In this document: positions 39,605-50,341 of the stretch, one piece after another | Position numbering within the stretch: the stretch's first letter is position 1 | Layout of the letters: every line of letters starts with the position of its first letter | From: an uncultured Acidobacteriota bacterium | Lineage (GTDB): Bacteria > Acidobacteriota > Thermoanaerobaculia > Multivoradales > JAHEKO01 | Direction of reading: 5' to 3' | Assembly (NCBI GenBank): GCA_963713825.1 | Contig: CAVQNG010000003.1 | Coordinates: forward strand, 1,504,001 to 1,568,000 | Length of the DNA: 64,000 nt | Notes under the pieces: generated by a model | What the model saw: only the letters and a program-made list of their open reading frames with translations | Told to the model about the DNA's origin: nothing | The model's database searches: none | Made by a program: the position numbers and the translations under genes

Positions 39605-40036
39605 ATGACTGATCGAACCAGAGGCTCTAGAGGAGGCGGGTTCACTCTGCTTGAGCTCATCGTCGTGGTGGCCATCGTCGGCATCTTGGCTACGATGGCG
39701 ATGCCGGCACTCAAGAACGTGCCCCGAAGAGCTGCCGAGGCGGTGCTCAAGTCGGATCTGAGGACGTTTCGGGACATCATCGATCAGTTCCATGCCGACA
39801 AGGGCCACTATCCTCCGACGCTGGAAGCCCTGATCGAAGAGGGCTATCTGCGCTCGATGCCGATGGACCCGATCACCAAGCGCACCGATACCTGGGTCGA
39901 GATCTACGAGGAGCTCGATCCGGACTTCATCCCGGCCGAGACCGACCTGCCAGAGGATGGCCAGCCTGGAATTGTGGATGTCCGCTCAGGCTCGACGATT
40001 CTCAGCGTGTCCGGCACGCCCTACTACGAGTGGTGA
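39605..40036 (+). CDS. Pseudopilin (GspG-like)
   Basis: GG/FTLLELIVVVAIVGIL; EAVLKSDL; YPPTLEAL; YLRSMPMDPIT; start ATG 39605. Confidence 0.85.
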   Translation: MTDRTRGSRGGGFTLLELIVVVAIVGILATMAMPALKNVPRRAAEAVLKSDLRTFRDIIDQFHADKGHYPPTLEALIEEGYLRSMPMDPITKRTDTWVEIYEELDPDFIPAETDLPEDGQPGIVDVRSGSTILSVSGTPYYEW

Positions 40037-40869
40037 GGGGCCACCTCTTGAGTCACCCACGGAGACCAGGGATCGCGTCACGCTCGAGTCTCTCCAGGAG
40101 CCGACAGAAGGGATTCACATTGGTGGCCCTTGTCGTCATCACGACGGTGATGACGATTCTGGTAGCAGCGGCGATGCCCCTGTGGAGTCAGATCGTCAAA
40201 CGGGATCGCGAGGCGGAACTGGTCTTTCGCGGGCTGCAATACGCCGAAGCGATCCGTGTCTTCCAGCTGCGGTTCCAGCGTTATCCGGTCAGCCTGGAGG
40301 AGCTGCTGAATGCCAAGCCAAGGTGTCTGCGCCAGCTCTGGAAGGACCCCATGACCGACAGCGGGGAGTGGGGGCTCGTCGTGGCCCAGTCGGGAAGGCC
40401 CGCCGGGCAGGGGCGCCGCATTCCTCAGACCAGGGGAGAGCGGAGGCAGCGTCTGAGCCAGGTCAATCAGGAGCAGGAGGAGGCGCGGAAACAGGGCGGG
40501 CTGACGATCGGCGGCGATCCTCAGGATCTCGCTGGCGGTAGTGCTCCGGGCGGTCGAGCCAGCTCGCTGAGCGGCAGACAGGCTATGGGGCCCATTCAGG
40601 GTGTTCATAGCCGCAGCACCGAGTTGGGTGTCAGGACCTTCATGGGCAGCGAGGCCTACAACGAATGGCAGTTCTCGACGGATCTGCTGCCGGTGCCGGC
40701 GGTCGTGCCCGGCAGCCTGAATCTTCTCAGAGCGAACAACGACTCGGTGGGTCGCTCGTTTCCTCCTGGCCTGGAGCCCAAGCAAGGCGGGGCTCCCGGT
40801 GCAGGACAGACGCCAGATGGTCGTCGGAACCGAGGTCAGAAGAAACAGGGGGCGAGACCCGGTGGATAA
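40030..40869 (+). CDS. Minor pseudopilin lacking Glu5
   Basis: [10 protein letters not shown]; [12 protein letters not shown]; YPVSLEEL; [10 protein letters not shown]; IQGVHSRS; YNEWQF. Confidence 0.8.
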   Translation: MVRGHLLSHPRRPGIASRSSLSRSRQKGFTLVALVVITTVMTILVAAAMPLWSQIVKRDREAELVFRGLQYAEAIRVFQLRFQRYPVSLEELLNAKPRCLRQLWKDPMTDSGEWGLVVAQSGRPAGQGRRIPQTRGERRQRLSQVNQEQEEARKQGGLTIGGDPQDLAGGSAPGGRASSLSGRQAMGPIQGVHSRSTELGVRTFMGSEAYNEWQFSTDLLPVPAVVPGSLNLLRANNDSVGRSFPPGLEPKQGGAPGAGQTPDGRRNRGQKKQGARPGG

Positions 40870-41314
40870 GGTAACGCTCCGTGTCCAAAGGTTGTCGCAC
40901 GCCGCCGACCTGCCTTTGCCGGAACAGGCCTCTGCCGGTAGTGCTGGGTTGGATCTTCGAGCCGCGGTCTCTGAGGATCTCTTGCTGGCCCCCGGGGAAC
41001 GGACGCTGGTACCCACCGGCATGGTTCTAGAACTGCCTCGAGGCTGGGAGGGTCAGGTACGGCCCCGCAGCGGCCTCGCCATCCGCAATGGGATCAGCCT
41101 GCTCAACTCGCCTGGCACCATCGACAGCGACTACCGGGGAGAGCTGAAGGTGGTGCTGGCCAATCTGGGAGGCGAGCCCTTCACCATCCGTCGAGGCGAT
41201 CGAATCGCCCAGCTCGTGGTCGCGCCGGTCTCGAGAGTGGAAGTGCTGGAGGCTTCGGAAGTGGGCACTACCGACCGGGGCTCCGGTGGTTTCGGTTCGA
41301 CCGGAGTCGACTGA
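40862..41314 (+). CDS. dut: dUTP diphosphatase
   Basis: [43 protein letters not shown]; start GTG 40862. Confidence 0.97.
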   Translation: MDKVTLRVQRLSHAADLPLPEQASAGSAGLDLRAAVSEDLLLAPGERTLVPTGMVLELPRGWEGQVRPRSGLAIRNGISLLNSPGTIDSDYRGELKVVLANLGGEPFTIRRGDRIAQLVVAPVSRVEVLEASEVGTTDRGSGGFGSTGVD

Positions 41315-41464
41315 TCAGGCCCAATTCGGGTCCGATAACACCGCTTGCTACTTCTCGATTCGAGCCGCGGCGAAGCCTAAATCCTGCTGGCTCAGGCCGT
41401 TGCGGAATTGTCGAGAAATCGTCAAAAAACCTGTGTCTAGAGAGGGCCCGTGTGTAGTACACTG

Positions 41465-41745
41465 GCACGCACTCGAGAGACTTTTCCTCCCTCCGAAGAG
41501 CCTTCGAGAAGAGTGCCGGAGCCGACCGAACCATGTGTACTGGGAAGCACCCCCGGCTCCATGCAATTCAGGTGCTCGATGTAGTCTCGGGGACGGGTCA
41601 CCGAGCTCGACGACCAGGCGCCAGGGAGGTCCGGAAGCGGCCTTTGAAGTGCTTCTGGCACACCACCTCCCGGACGGAGATTGCTGCCTGACGCCGTGAT
41701 GCAGTCGTGGGAGTAGGGAGCGTGACCAGAGTCGAGCAGTACCAC
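41465..41745 (+). other. Candidate structured leader RNA upstream of the TonB-dependent receptor
   Basis: Several nested complementary segments in a 529-bp intergenic region; no family I recognise. Confidence 0.35.
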
Positions 41746-41843
41746 GCAGCACCCCTTTCAAACTCGCTAGCCGTTTTGCGGCTCCCGTTAGTGGAGCTTT
41801 CGAAGCCCATTCATTTTCACCTCGTCGAAGAAGGAGGACACCG

Positions 41844-44800
41844 ATGAAGTACCCGACTAGAGCCTTGGTCTTTCTGGGCTTGGCGCTCTGTGCCGGCATG
41901 GTGTTTGGACAGGGTCTCACCACAGGAGTCCTGTCCGGTGTGGTCACCGATGCCGACAACGCCGTCCTGCCTGGCGTCAGTGTCGAAGCTGTTCACATCG
42001 ACACCGGCACCCGCTATTCAGGTCAGACTGGAGCGGATGGTCGCTTCAGCTTTCAGAATGTTCGACCCGGTTCCTATATCGTCACCACCGCTCTTGAGGG
42101 CTTTCACCCACAAGAGGTGACCGATCCTGTGGTCGCCTTGGGTGAGGCGACCGTTCTCTCCTTTCGTTTGGAGCTCGAAACGGTCACCGAAACCGTGACG
42201 GTGGTGGGCGAGTCCAATCCGCTGATCACCCCATCGCGAACGGGTAACGCGAGCAATGTCTCGACTCAGCAGATCCAGAGTCTGCCCAACATCGATCGCG
42301 GGTTCAACGACTTCGCCCGTTTGAACCCCTTCATGGTTCCGCAGGCGGAGAACGAAGACCCCGATGCCATCAGCGTCGCCGGTCGCAGCACGCGCTTCAA
42401 CAACATTCAGATCGATGGGGCGGTGAACAACGACTTGTTCGGCCTGGCTGACTCGGGCACTCCAGGTGGTCAGACCGAGACGCCGCCCATCAGCATGGAT
42501 GCCATCCAGGAGATCAAGCTGGTGGTGGCCGACTTCGACGTCCGCAACGGCGGCTTCACAGGTGGCAGCATCAACGCCATCACTCGCAACGGCACCAACG
42601 CCTTCAAGGGCTCGGTGTTCTACTACTCCCTGGACTCCGATCTGGTCGGCTCCGGCAAAGAAGAGCTGGGCGAGCCCGGCACCTTCGATGAGGAGCAGTA
42701 TGGCTTCCGTATCGGGGGTCCTATCAAGAAGGACAAGATCTTCTTCTTCGCCAATGGCGAGGTCGGCGAGCGCAATAGTGCCACTGGATGGTCCCTGGAC
42801 GGAGCCAGTGGTCAGTGCTTCGGCGGCTGCGATCCCTTTGTCCAGGCCGAGGCGGCCCGATTCAAGAACATCCTTCAGAGCGAGTACAGTTTCAATCCGG
42901 GAGAGTTCTCCGAGTTGGTTCGACCCACCAGCTCGGACAGGTGGTTCCTGCGCTTCGACTTCAACGCCGGTACCCAACACCAGATCACGGCCCGTTGGAA
43001 CTACGTCGATGCGGCGAATCTGATCAACCGCCCCGGTTCCAGCACCTACGAGTGGGACAGCGAGGCCTACGACATCACTGACGTTACCAACTCTCTGGTG
43101 GCTGCGGTCAACAGCACCTTTGGCTCGAACAAGTTCAACGAGTTCCGGCTGACGTACCAGACCGTCGAGGATCGTCGTCCGCCGGTCTCCACCTTCCCCT
43201 GGATCGAGGTCGAAGACCTGAATCGGGACCTGGGTTACTTCGAAGAATTCGAGGCCGGGAGCGAGCCGTTTTCGGTGCGCAACGCCCTGGATCAGAATGT
43301 CATCGAGTTGACCGACAACTTCACCTGGTTGATGGGGAATCACACCCTCACTTTTGGAACTCACAACGAGTTCTTCAACTTCGACAATCTCTTTATCCAG
43401 AACGCCTACGGATCCTACGAGTTCCGCACCATGGATGACTTCGCAGAGGGGATCGCCTGGCGTTACCGCTGGACATTCGTCAACCCGGGTCAATCCGATT
43501 CACAGAAGTTCGATGTCAATCAGTGGGGCTTCTACGGTGGCGATCAGTGGGCGGTGAAGCCCAACCTCACCCTGACCTATGGTCTGCGGGTGGACATTCC
43601 GTTCTTCCCCGACGAGCCGAGCGCCAACCCCTTCACCGAGGAGACCTATGGCGTCGCGACCAACAACATGCCGGATGGCGAGCAGCTGTGGCAGCCTCGC
43701 TTCGGCTTCAACTGGGACATCGGCAACGACGGCCAGCAGCAGCTCCGTGGTGGCCTCGGTGTCTTTGCGGGCCGGACTCCTTATGTTTGGATCTCCAACC
43801 AGTACGCCCGAACCGGCATCGAGCAGACTTTCATTGAAGCCACGGGAGCGATCAGGTTCAACCCGGATCCATTCGGTCAGCCACCGGAAGACGCCGTTGG
43901 CAGCGCGTCGTTTGGTGAGTTCAATCTCATCGATCCGGGCTTCAAGTTCCCGCAGGTGATGCGGTACAACCTGGCCTACGACCGGCAGCTCCCCTGGTCG
44001 AATCTGGTCGGCTCTGCCGAGCTCATCTACACCGACAGCATCGAGGAGGTCGACTACAAGGACCTGAATATCACCGAGACGGGTGAGACGATTTCCTTCG
44101 ACGGTCGGCCGCTGTTCACCAGGGTCGACCCCGATGTGAGCGGTGCCTACTACATCACCAACACCGACAGGGGTGATTCCACCAATTTCGCCCTCAAGTT
44201 GGAGAAGCCCTACCGAGGCGGGTTGTGGGGATACGTCTCCTACGCCTATGGCGACTCCAATGTGGTCAACGACGGCACGTCGAGCCGGGCTGTCTCGAAC
44301 TTCCAGTACAACGAGCAGCTCAACCCCAACGATGCAATAGCGTCGACGTCTGATTTTTCGGTGGAGCACCGTTTCAATTTAACTCTCTCCTACCGATTCA
44401 ACGACGGAGGCCGATGGCCCACGACGATCTCGGGCTTCTACAACCTGCAATCGGGAAGGCCCTACACCTACATCTACGGCAGTCAGAACTTCCGGAGCAT
44501 CAACCAGGACAACTACTACTCCAACGACCTGCTGTACGTGCCGGCGGGGCCGGACGATGTCGTGCTGAGTAACGGTACCTGGGCTGACCTGGATGCCTTT
44601 ATCTCCTCGGAGGAGTGCCTCAATAGCAAGCGCGGTGGGATCGTCGATCGCAACGACTGTGCTGCGCCTTGGTTCGAGACGCTGGACATCCACCTGGCGC
44701 AGGACATCCCGATCAAGAACACCAACATTCAGGTCACCTTCGACATCCTGAATGTCATGAACCTACTGGACAGCGAGGCGGGTTCGGTCAGCTATGCCGC

Positions 44801-44966
44801 TTTTAATACCCTGAGTCCCATCAGCTATGACGGGATCACGGACGATGGCAAGCCGATCTACGGTCTATCTCGGGTCATCACCGATCCGGACGACAACAAC
44901 AAGTACGATTTCCACTCGCTCCAGTCGCGCTGGAGAATGAAGTGGGGAATCCGCTGGAGCTTCTAG
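41844..44966 (+). CDS. Oar-like TonB-dependent outer membrane receptor with N-terminal carboxypeptidase-regulatory-like domain
   Basis: Signal peptide; LSGVVTD..AVLPGVSV; NNIQIDGAVNND; DAIQEI; GGFTGGSINAITRNGTN; C-terminal IRWSF; AAGGAGG RBS. Confidence 0.92.
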   Translation: MKYPTRALVFLGLALCAGMVFGQGLTTGVLSGVVTDADNAVLPGVSVEAVHIDTGTRYSGQTGADGRFSFQNVRPGSYIVTTALEGFHPQEVTDPVVALGEATVLSFRLELETVTETVTVVGESNPLITPSRTGNASNVSTQQIQSLPNIDRGFNDFARLNPFMVPQAENEDPDAISVAGRSTRFNNIQIDGAVNNDLFGLADSGTPGGQTETPPISMDAIQEIKLVVADFDVRNGGFTGGSINAITRNGTNAFKGSVFYYSLDSDLVGSGKEELGEPGTFDEEQYGFRIGGPIKKDKIFFFANGEVGERNSATGWSLDGASGQCFGGCDPFVQAEAARFKNILQSEYSFNPGEFSELVRPTSSDRWFLRFDFNAGTQHQITARWNYVDAANLINRPGSSTYEWDSEAYDITDVTNSLVAAVNSTFGSNKFNEFRLTYQTVEDRRPPVSTFPWIEVEDLNRDLGYFEEFEAGSEPFSVRNALDQNVIELTDNFTWLMGNHTLTFGTHNEFFNFDNLFIQNAYGSYEFRTMDDFAEGIAWRYRWTFVNPGQSDSQKFDVNQWGFYGGDQWAVKPNLTLTYGLRVDIPFFPDEPSANPFTEETYGVATNNMPDGEQLWQPRFGFNWDIGNDGQQQLRGGLGVFAGRTPYVWISNQYARTGIEQTFIEATGAIRFNPDPFGQPPEDAVGSASFGEFNLIDPGFKFPQVMRYNLAYDRQLPWSNLVGSAELIYTDSIEEVDYKDLNITETGETISFDGRPLFTRVDPDVSGAYYITNTDRGDSTNFALKLEKPYRGGLWGYVSYAYGDSNVVNDGTSSRAVSNFQYNEQLNPNDAIASTSDFSVEHRFNLTLSYRFNDGGRWPTTISGFYNLQSGRPYTYIYGSQNFRSINQDNYYSNDLLYVPAGPDDVVLSNGTWADLDAFISSEECLNSKRGGIVDRNDCAAPWFETLDIHLAQDIPIKNTNIQVTFDILNVMNLLDSEAGSVSYAAFNTLSPISYDGITDDGKPIYGLSRVITDPDDNNKYDFHSLQSRWRMKWGIRWSF

Positions 44967-44991
44967 TCGATCGACTGAAGATGAGAACTTT

Positions 44992-45021
44992 CGGGGACCG
45001 CCTGGCGGTCCCCGTTTTTTT
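44992..45021 (+). terminator. Intrinsic terminator
   Basis: CGGGGACCGC-CTG-GCGGTCCCCG followed by T7. Confidence 0.92.
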
Positions 45022-45066
45022 CGCCCACGCCCTTGGTCGCGGGCTCGGGAAGTGAGGTTGGAGCAT

Positions 45067-45174
45067 CCGTCCTCCTGCGAACCACCCGGACGGGTCTCCA
45101 CGAGAAGAGGATCATCTGCCCAGGACCCAGGACCCAGGACCCAGGACCCAGAACCCAGGACCCAGGACCCAGGG
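45067..45174 (-). repeat. Intergenic repeat family copy C (single arm) with expanded heptamer array
   Basis: 45067-45120 matches 50182-50235 of copy D; followed by 8 tandem CCCAGGA-type units at 45119-45174. Confidence 0.9.
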
Positions 45175-45207
45175 CCTGCAGAGCCTGAACGATTTGCGGG
45201 CCCTGCT

Positions 45208-45945
45208 CTAGTCTTGCCGGTGCACGACGGTGGCGGTTGCCTGGTCGCGGGGGCGGACGACGATCTCGTCGATGTTGACGTGGGAAGGCCGGGTCGCCGC
45301 CCAGGTGATGCAGTCGGCCACGTCCTCGGAAGCCAGGGGCGTCATCCCCTTGTAGACAGCCGCTGCCTTTTCGGCGTCTTGATCGAAGCGGACCATCGAG
45401 AACTCCGTCTCCACCAGACCCGGGCAGATCTCCGTCACCCGGATCGGCTTGCCCACCAATTCGACTCGCAGGGTCTTGGTAAGGGCGCGAACGGCATGCT
45501 TGGCACCGGTGTAGCCAGCACCACCGGGATAGGTCTCGAAACCGGCGATCGAGCCGACGTTGACGACGTGCCCCCCCCCCGAGGCAAGGAGCGCTGGCAG
45601 AAGTGAGCGCGTCATGCGTGCCAGGCCGAGGAAATTCACTTCCCACATGGTTCTCCAGCGCTCGTCCGATGCCGCCTCGATCCGATCGACTCCCAAGGCT
45701 CCACCGGCGTTGTTGACCAGCAGGTCGAGCCTGTCGATCGGCGCCACGAATGCTTCGACGCTGTCCGGGTCCGTCACGTCGAGCTGTTGAAAGCGGGCGC
45801 CAATGGGCTCGGCCACCGCCTGCAGGCGCTCCGTCCTGCGCGCCCCGAGAAGCACTTCGAACCCAGCCTGACTCAGGGCTACCGCGGTGGCTGCACCGAT
45901 CCCAGAACTGGCGCCTGTCACGACTGCTAGTTTCTTCTCACCCAT
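45208..45945 (-). CDS. SDR family NAD(P)-dependent oxidoreductase (YdfG-like)
   Basis: VTGASSGIG, LVNNAG, YTGAK, ICPGLVETEFS. Confidence 0.93.
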   Translation of the reverse strand: MGEKKLAVVTGASSGIGAATAVALSQAGFEVLLGARRTERLQAVAEPIGARFQQLDVTDPDSVEAFVAPIDRLDLLVNNAGGALGVDRIEAASDERWRTMWEVNFLGLARMTRSLLPALLASGGGHVVNVGSIAGFETYPGGAGYTGAKHAVRALTKTLRVELVGKPIRVTEICPGLVETEFSMVRFDQDAEKAAAVYKGMTPLASEDVADCITWAATRPSHVNIDEIVVRPRDQATATVVHRQD

Positions 45946-45957
45946 CGCAAGGAGCTC

Positions 45958-46662
45958 CTATATCTCGGCCGCGGGACACAGGTCGAGCAGCACGCAGTCG
46001 GCGCAGGCCGGCTTGCGGGCCTTGCAGACCTGCCGGCCGTGGAAAATCAGCAGATGTGCCCAAATCGTCCAGTCGTCCTGTGGAACCAACGCCATGAGAT
46101 CCGACTCGATTTTCACCGGGTTGCTCTCGCCGGTGAGACCCAGGCGGTTCGACAGTCGCCCCACATGGGTGTCCACAACGACTCCCTCGTCGATTCCGAA
46201 AGCGTTCCCTAAGACCACGTTGGCGGTCTTGCGGCCGACACCGGGTAGGGATGAGAGCTCCTTCATCGTGGCGGGGACCTCGCCTTCATGGTCGCTTTGC
46301 AGAGCTTGACCGAGGCCCTGGAGGGACTTCGCCTTGTTGCGATAGAACCCGGTGGAGCGGATGATCTCTTCGAGCTCGACCATGTCGGCGGCGGCGAAGG
46401 AGGCGGCGTCTGGAAAGCGTTCGAACAGGGCCGGAGTCACCATGTTCACTCGCTTGTCTGTGCACTGCGCCGAGAGGATCGTGGCGACCAGAAGCTGGAG
46501 TGGGGAGCGGTGCTCGAGAGCGCAGCAGGCGTCGGGATACTCCTCCTTGAGTCGTTGGAGGATCTCTTCTGTCCGTTGCGCCTTTTTCGGCTTGGACTCG
46601 CGTCTCGCCTTGGCGGGCGTCAAGCGGCCCTTGCGGGTCACTTTCTCAGGCTGGGAAGTCAT
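45958..46662 (-). CDS. nth: Endonuclease III
   Basis: LLVATILSAQCTD; HhH LPGVGRKTANVV; VDTHV; C-X6-C-X2-C-X5-C. Confidence 0.97.
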   Translation of the reverse strand: MTSQPEKVTRKGRLTPAKARRESKPKKAQRTEEILQRLKEEYPDACCALEHRSPLQLLVATILSAQCTDKRVNMVTPALFERFPDAASFAAADMVELEEIIRSTGFYRNKAKSLQGLGQALQSDHEGEVPATMKELSSLPGVGRKTANVVLGNAFGIDEGVVVDTHVGRLSNRLGLTGESNPVKIESDLMALVPQDDWTIWAHLLIFHGRQVCKARKPACADCVLLDLCPAAEI

Positions 46663-46675
46663 GGTCGAAGAGCCT

Positions 46676-47020
46676 TCAATCGCTGGAGAGGGCGCGAACG
46701 ATCCAGTTGAACAGCGCCATCACCAGGCCGCCGAGGATCGCCGGAAAGCAGCCGTCGATGGTCAGGCCATTGAGCAGAAAGCTCGCCAGATACAACAAGG
46801 CACCGTTGATGACGATGAAGAACAGGCCCAGGGTGAGGACGATGAAGGGCAACGAGAGGAGGACCACCAGGGGGCGTACCAGGAGATTGATGCCGCCGAC
46901 CACCAGGCCGGTGAGCAGTAGGTACCAGATATCTCCCTGGTAGTGAATGCCGGGCACGACTTTGGCCACCAGCAAAATGGCGATCCCGTTGAGTACGATT
47001 TGAATCAGGGCTCTCAACAT
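46676..47020 (-). CDS. YvlD-type 4-TM membrane protein ('phage holin family')
   Basis: INLLVRPLVVLLSLPFIVLTLGLFFIVINGALL. Confidence 0.85.
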   Translation of the reverse strand: MLRALIQIVLNGIAILLVAKVVPGIHYQGDIWYLLLTGLVVGGINLLVRPLVVLLSLPFIVLTLGLFFIVINGALLYLASFLLNGLTIDGCFPAILGGLVMALFNWIVRALSSD

Positions 47021-47063
47021 GGCCGAAACTCCTTACACGATCTCGGGAGTCTGATCTCCCGTT

Positions 47064-47669
47064 TCAGTTGGTGGTTTCCTCGTCGTCAGGTAGCGTCCAC
47101 GAGGGCAGGGATGCCGGATCCAGGCCGACGGATTGCAGCGCAGATTCCCACATACCGTCAGGGTCCTCGGCGAAGAGGAGATCCTCCGACACGGGCGCTG
47201 TGAGCCAGTCATTGCGCACGATCTCGTCCATCAACTGCCCAGCTCCCCAGCCCGCATAACCGAGAAGGAGACGAAAGTGCTCAGGTGGGTTCTGGGCGAG
47301 CCTGTCGAGGTCTTCCAACTGCTGGCCGATCCGAATGCCGGGTTGGACCTCTGTCGTTGTCACCGAGTAGAGCGGGTCGTCCTCGGAACCGCGGTCGCGA
47401 AAAAGGAGCGTTCCCATCTGAGATTGGACGGGGCCGCCGAAAAAGGCGGTGGCATCCTTCACGCCGTGCCAGCGAATCTCCATACCATCGAGGATGTCTT
47501 CGATGGGTAGCTCCGTCGGTCGGTTGACGATGAATCCGACGCTTCCCTCCTCGTTGTGGTGCACCAGCAGGACCACGGCCTTGTGAAAGAACGGGTCGAG
47601 AACCTGCGGCATGGCCAGGAGCAGCACCGGGGTTTCGAGGTCAGTGGTACCCACAGACATTGACTTCAT
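47064..47669 (-). CDS. YqgE/AlgH family protein
   Basis: LLLAMP..LDPFF..AVVLLVHH..EGSVGFIVNRP; GGPV; LGYAGWGAGQL..EI...DW. Confidence 0.93.
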   Translation of the reverse strand: MKSMSVGTTDLETPVLLLAMPQVLDPFFHKAVVLLVHHNEEGSVGFIVNRPTELPIEDILDGMEIRWHGVKDATAFFGGPVQSQMGTLLFRDRGSEDDPLYSVTTTEVQPGIRIGQQLEDLDRLAQNPPEHFRLLLGYAGWGAGQLMDEIVRNDWLTAPVSEDLLFAEDPDGMWESALQSVGLDPASLPSWTLPDDEETTN

Positions 47670-47719
47670 CTTATCCCGACTTGGAAGTCGCGAGGCTCGT
47701 CCTGCAAGGGCGAGGTAGC

Positions 47720-47748
47720 AAAAAAAAGGTCGCGCTTTTGCGCGACCT
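47720..47748 (-). terminator. Intrinsic terminator after tRNA
   Basis: Minus strand AGGTCGCGC-AAAA-GCGCGACCT followed by a T run. Confidence 0.9.
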
Positions 47749-47757
47749 CGGACTGGC

Positions 47758-47834
<77 letters not shown>

Positions 47835-48009
47835 TCAGTTGTCGCCGCCCCATAGGGCGGAGAAGCAATGTTGGCATACCGTCGGCTGCGCTGTCAATCA
47901 ATCTTGGAATGGGCCGCTGGGTAGGCGGCACCGCTGGCAGGTCGCTTGAGAGAGACCGAGTTTGCGGGTACTCTTGTTGGGGCTCGAACGGTAGGAGCCT
48001 TGTTGCTGA

Positions 48010-49359
<1,350 letters not shown>

Positions 49360-49367
49360 TTCGAAAC

Positions 49368-49736
49368 GTGTCCTCCGAGTCGCCAAGACCCTTTCCCCGC
49401 TTGCTGGCACTGGTTGTCGGGTGCTTTCTGTTGCTGCTCGGCCTGGCTGCCTTGAGCAGCTATCGGGACCTGGCTGCAGCGCGAGATCGCAGGCAGGCTT
49501 TGCAGGGGGAGATTCAGCAGACCGGGGCTGAGAATGACGAATTGGTGCGACGTATCGAGCGTCTGCGCAGTGACCCGGCGACCCTCGAGCGCCTCGCCAG
49601 GGAGCAGTACCGCATGATGCGCCCCGACGACCTCGTGATCGTCATTCCGGCGGGTCCCGAAGAAGTGCCTGCTATCGAGGTGGCCTCCGAGGTCGAGGAC
49701 GCCTCGCCGGCGATCACCCCCGACCCTGAGGGTTGA
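49368..49736 (+). CDS. ftsB: Septum formation initiator FtsB/DivIC
   Basis: One TM plus coiled coil; DPATLERLAREQYRMMRPDD; follows eno. Confidence 0.85.
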   Translation: MSSESPRPFPRLLALVVGCFLLLLGLAALSSYRDLAAARDRRQALQGEIQQTGAENDELVRRIERLRSDPATLERLAREQYRMMRPDDLVIVIPAGPEEVPAIEVASEVEDASPAITPDPEG

Positions 49737-50341
49737 GGCGTTCGGTCGTACCGCCCTCCCGTCCTGGGGCTTGGGCCCTGGGTCCTGCACAGAAGGCCAT
49801 CTTCGTGTAGAGCCCCATCCGGGTGGTCCGCAGGCTCTGCCCCGTCGATCTGAGCCGTTGGTCATTTGGGGGTCCGACGCGGGGCCCCCAGGGGGCTATC
49901 CTCCCTTCCACAGCAACCAACCCCCTGGAGGTCCCCACGCCGAACCCTCACACGTTGGAGAGACCTCGCACCGAGCTGTGGACTCCTGGGCCCTGTAGCC
50001 CGTAAGCCTGTACCGCCTCCTTTGGTGCTAGAGGTTCGTTCGGTTGGTTCGACAGGGGGGCTCTCGACCAGCGCAGCGCAGAAGCCGTCGAAGTGCACGA
50101 CAGATCTGGCGCGCCGGAGAGCGCAGGTGGCGGCCTGTCCGTCAAAGTCTGAGTAGCCGACCAAAGTCTGAGTAGCCGACGCCGTCCCCCTGCGAGCCAC
50201 CCGGACGGGCCTCTACGAGAAGAAGATCATCTGCCTGGGACGCAGGTCTCAAGTCCATGAGGGCCAGCCGAAGGTACGACGGCCACCTCAACCCCCACGC
50301 CCTCAAAGATCGTCCGGAAGCGACGCCCGGACGCCTCAACC
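49731..50341. repeat. Intergenic repeat family copy D (MITE-like, two inverted arms)
   Basis: Arms at ~49731-49834 (+) and ~50189-50293 (-). Cores at 49807-49830, 50028-50051 and 50193-50216. 19-bp tandem duplication at 50143-50180. Confidence 0.9.

Noticed and set aside
41478-41640. RNase P-like (GGAGGAAAAGTC, minus) and SRP-like (AGGTCCGGAAG) snippets
   Set aside because: Only short partial matches; the other conserved elements of these RNAs are missing.
42018-44369. Long antisense ORFs (42018-43493, 43500-44369; likewise 53497-55056, 62828-63934, 13422-14450)
   Set aside because: They shadow well-supported genes on the opposite strand, as expected from high-GC codon bias, and carry no recognisable motifs.
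44963-45646. ORF containing LGPGSWV repeats
   Set aside because: This is the translation of the heptamer array in an alternative frame overlapping the SDR gene.
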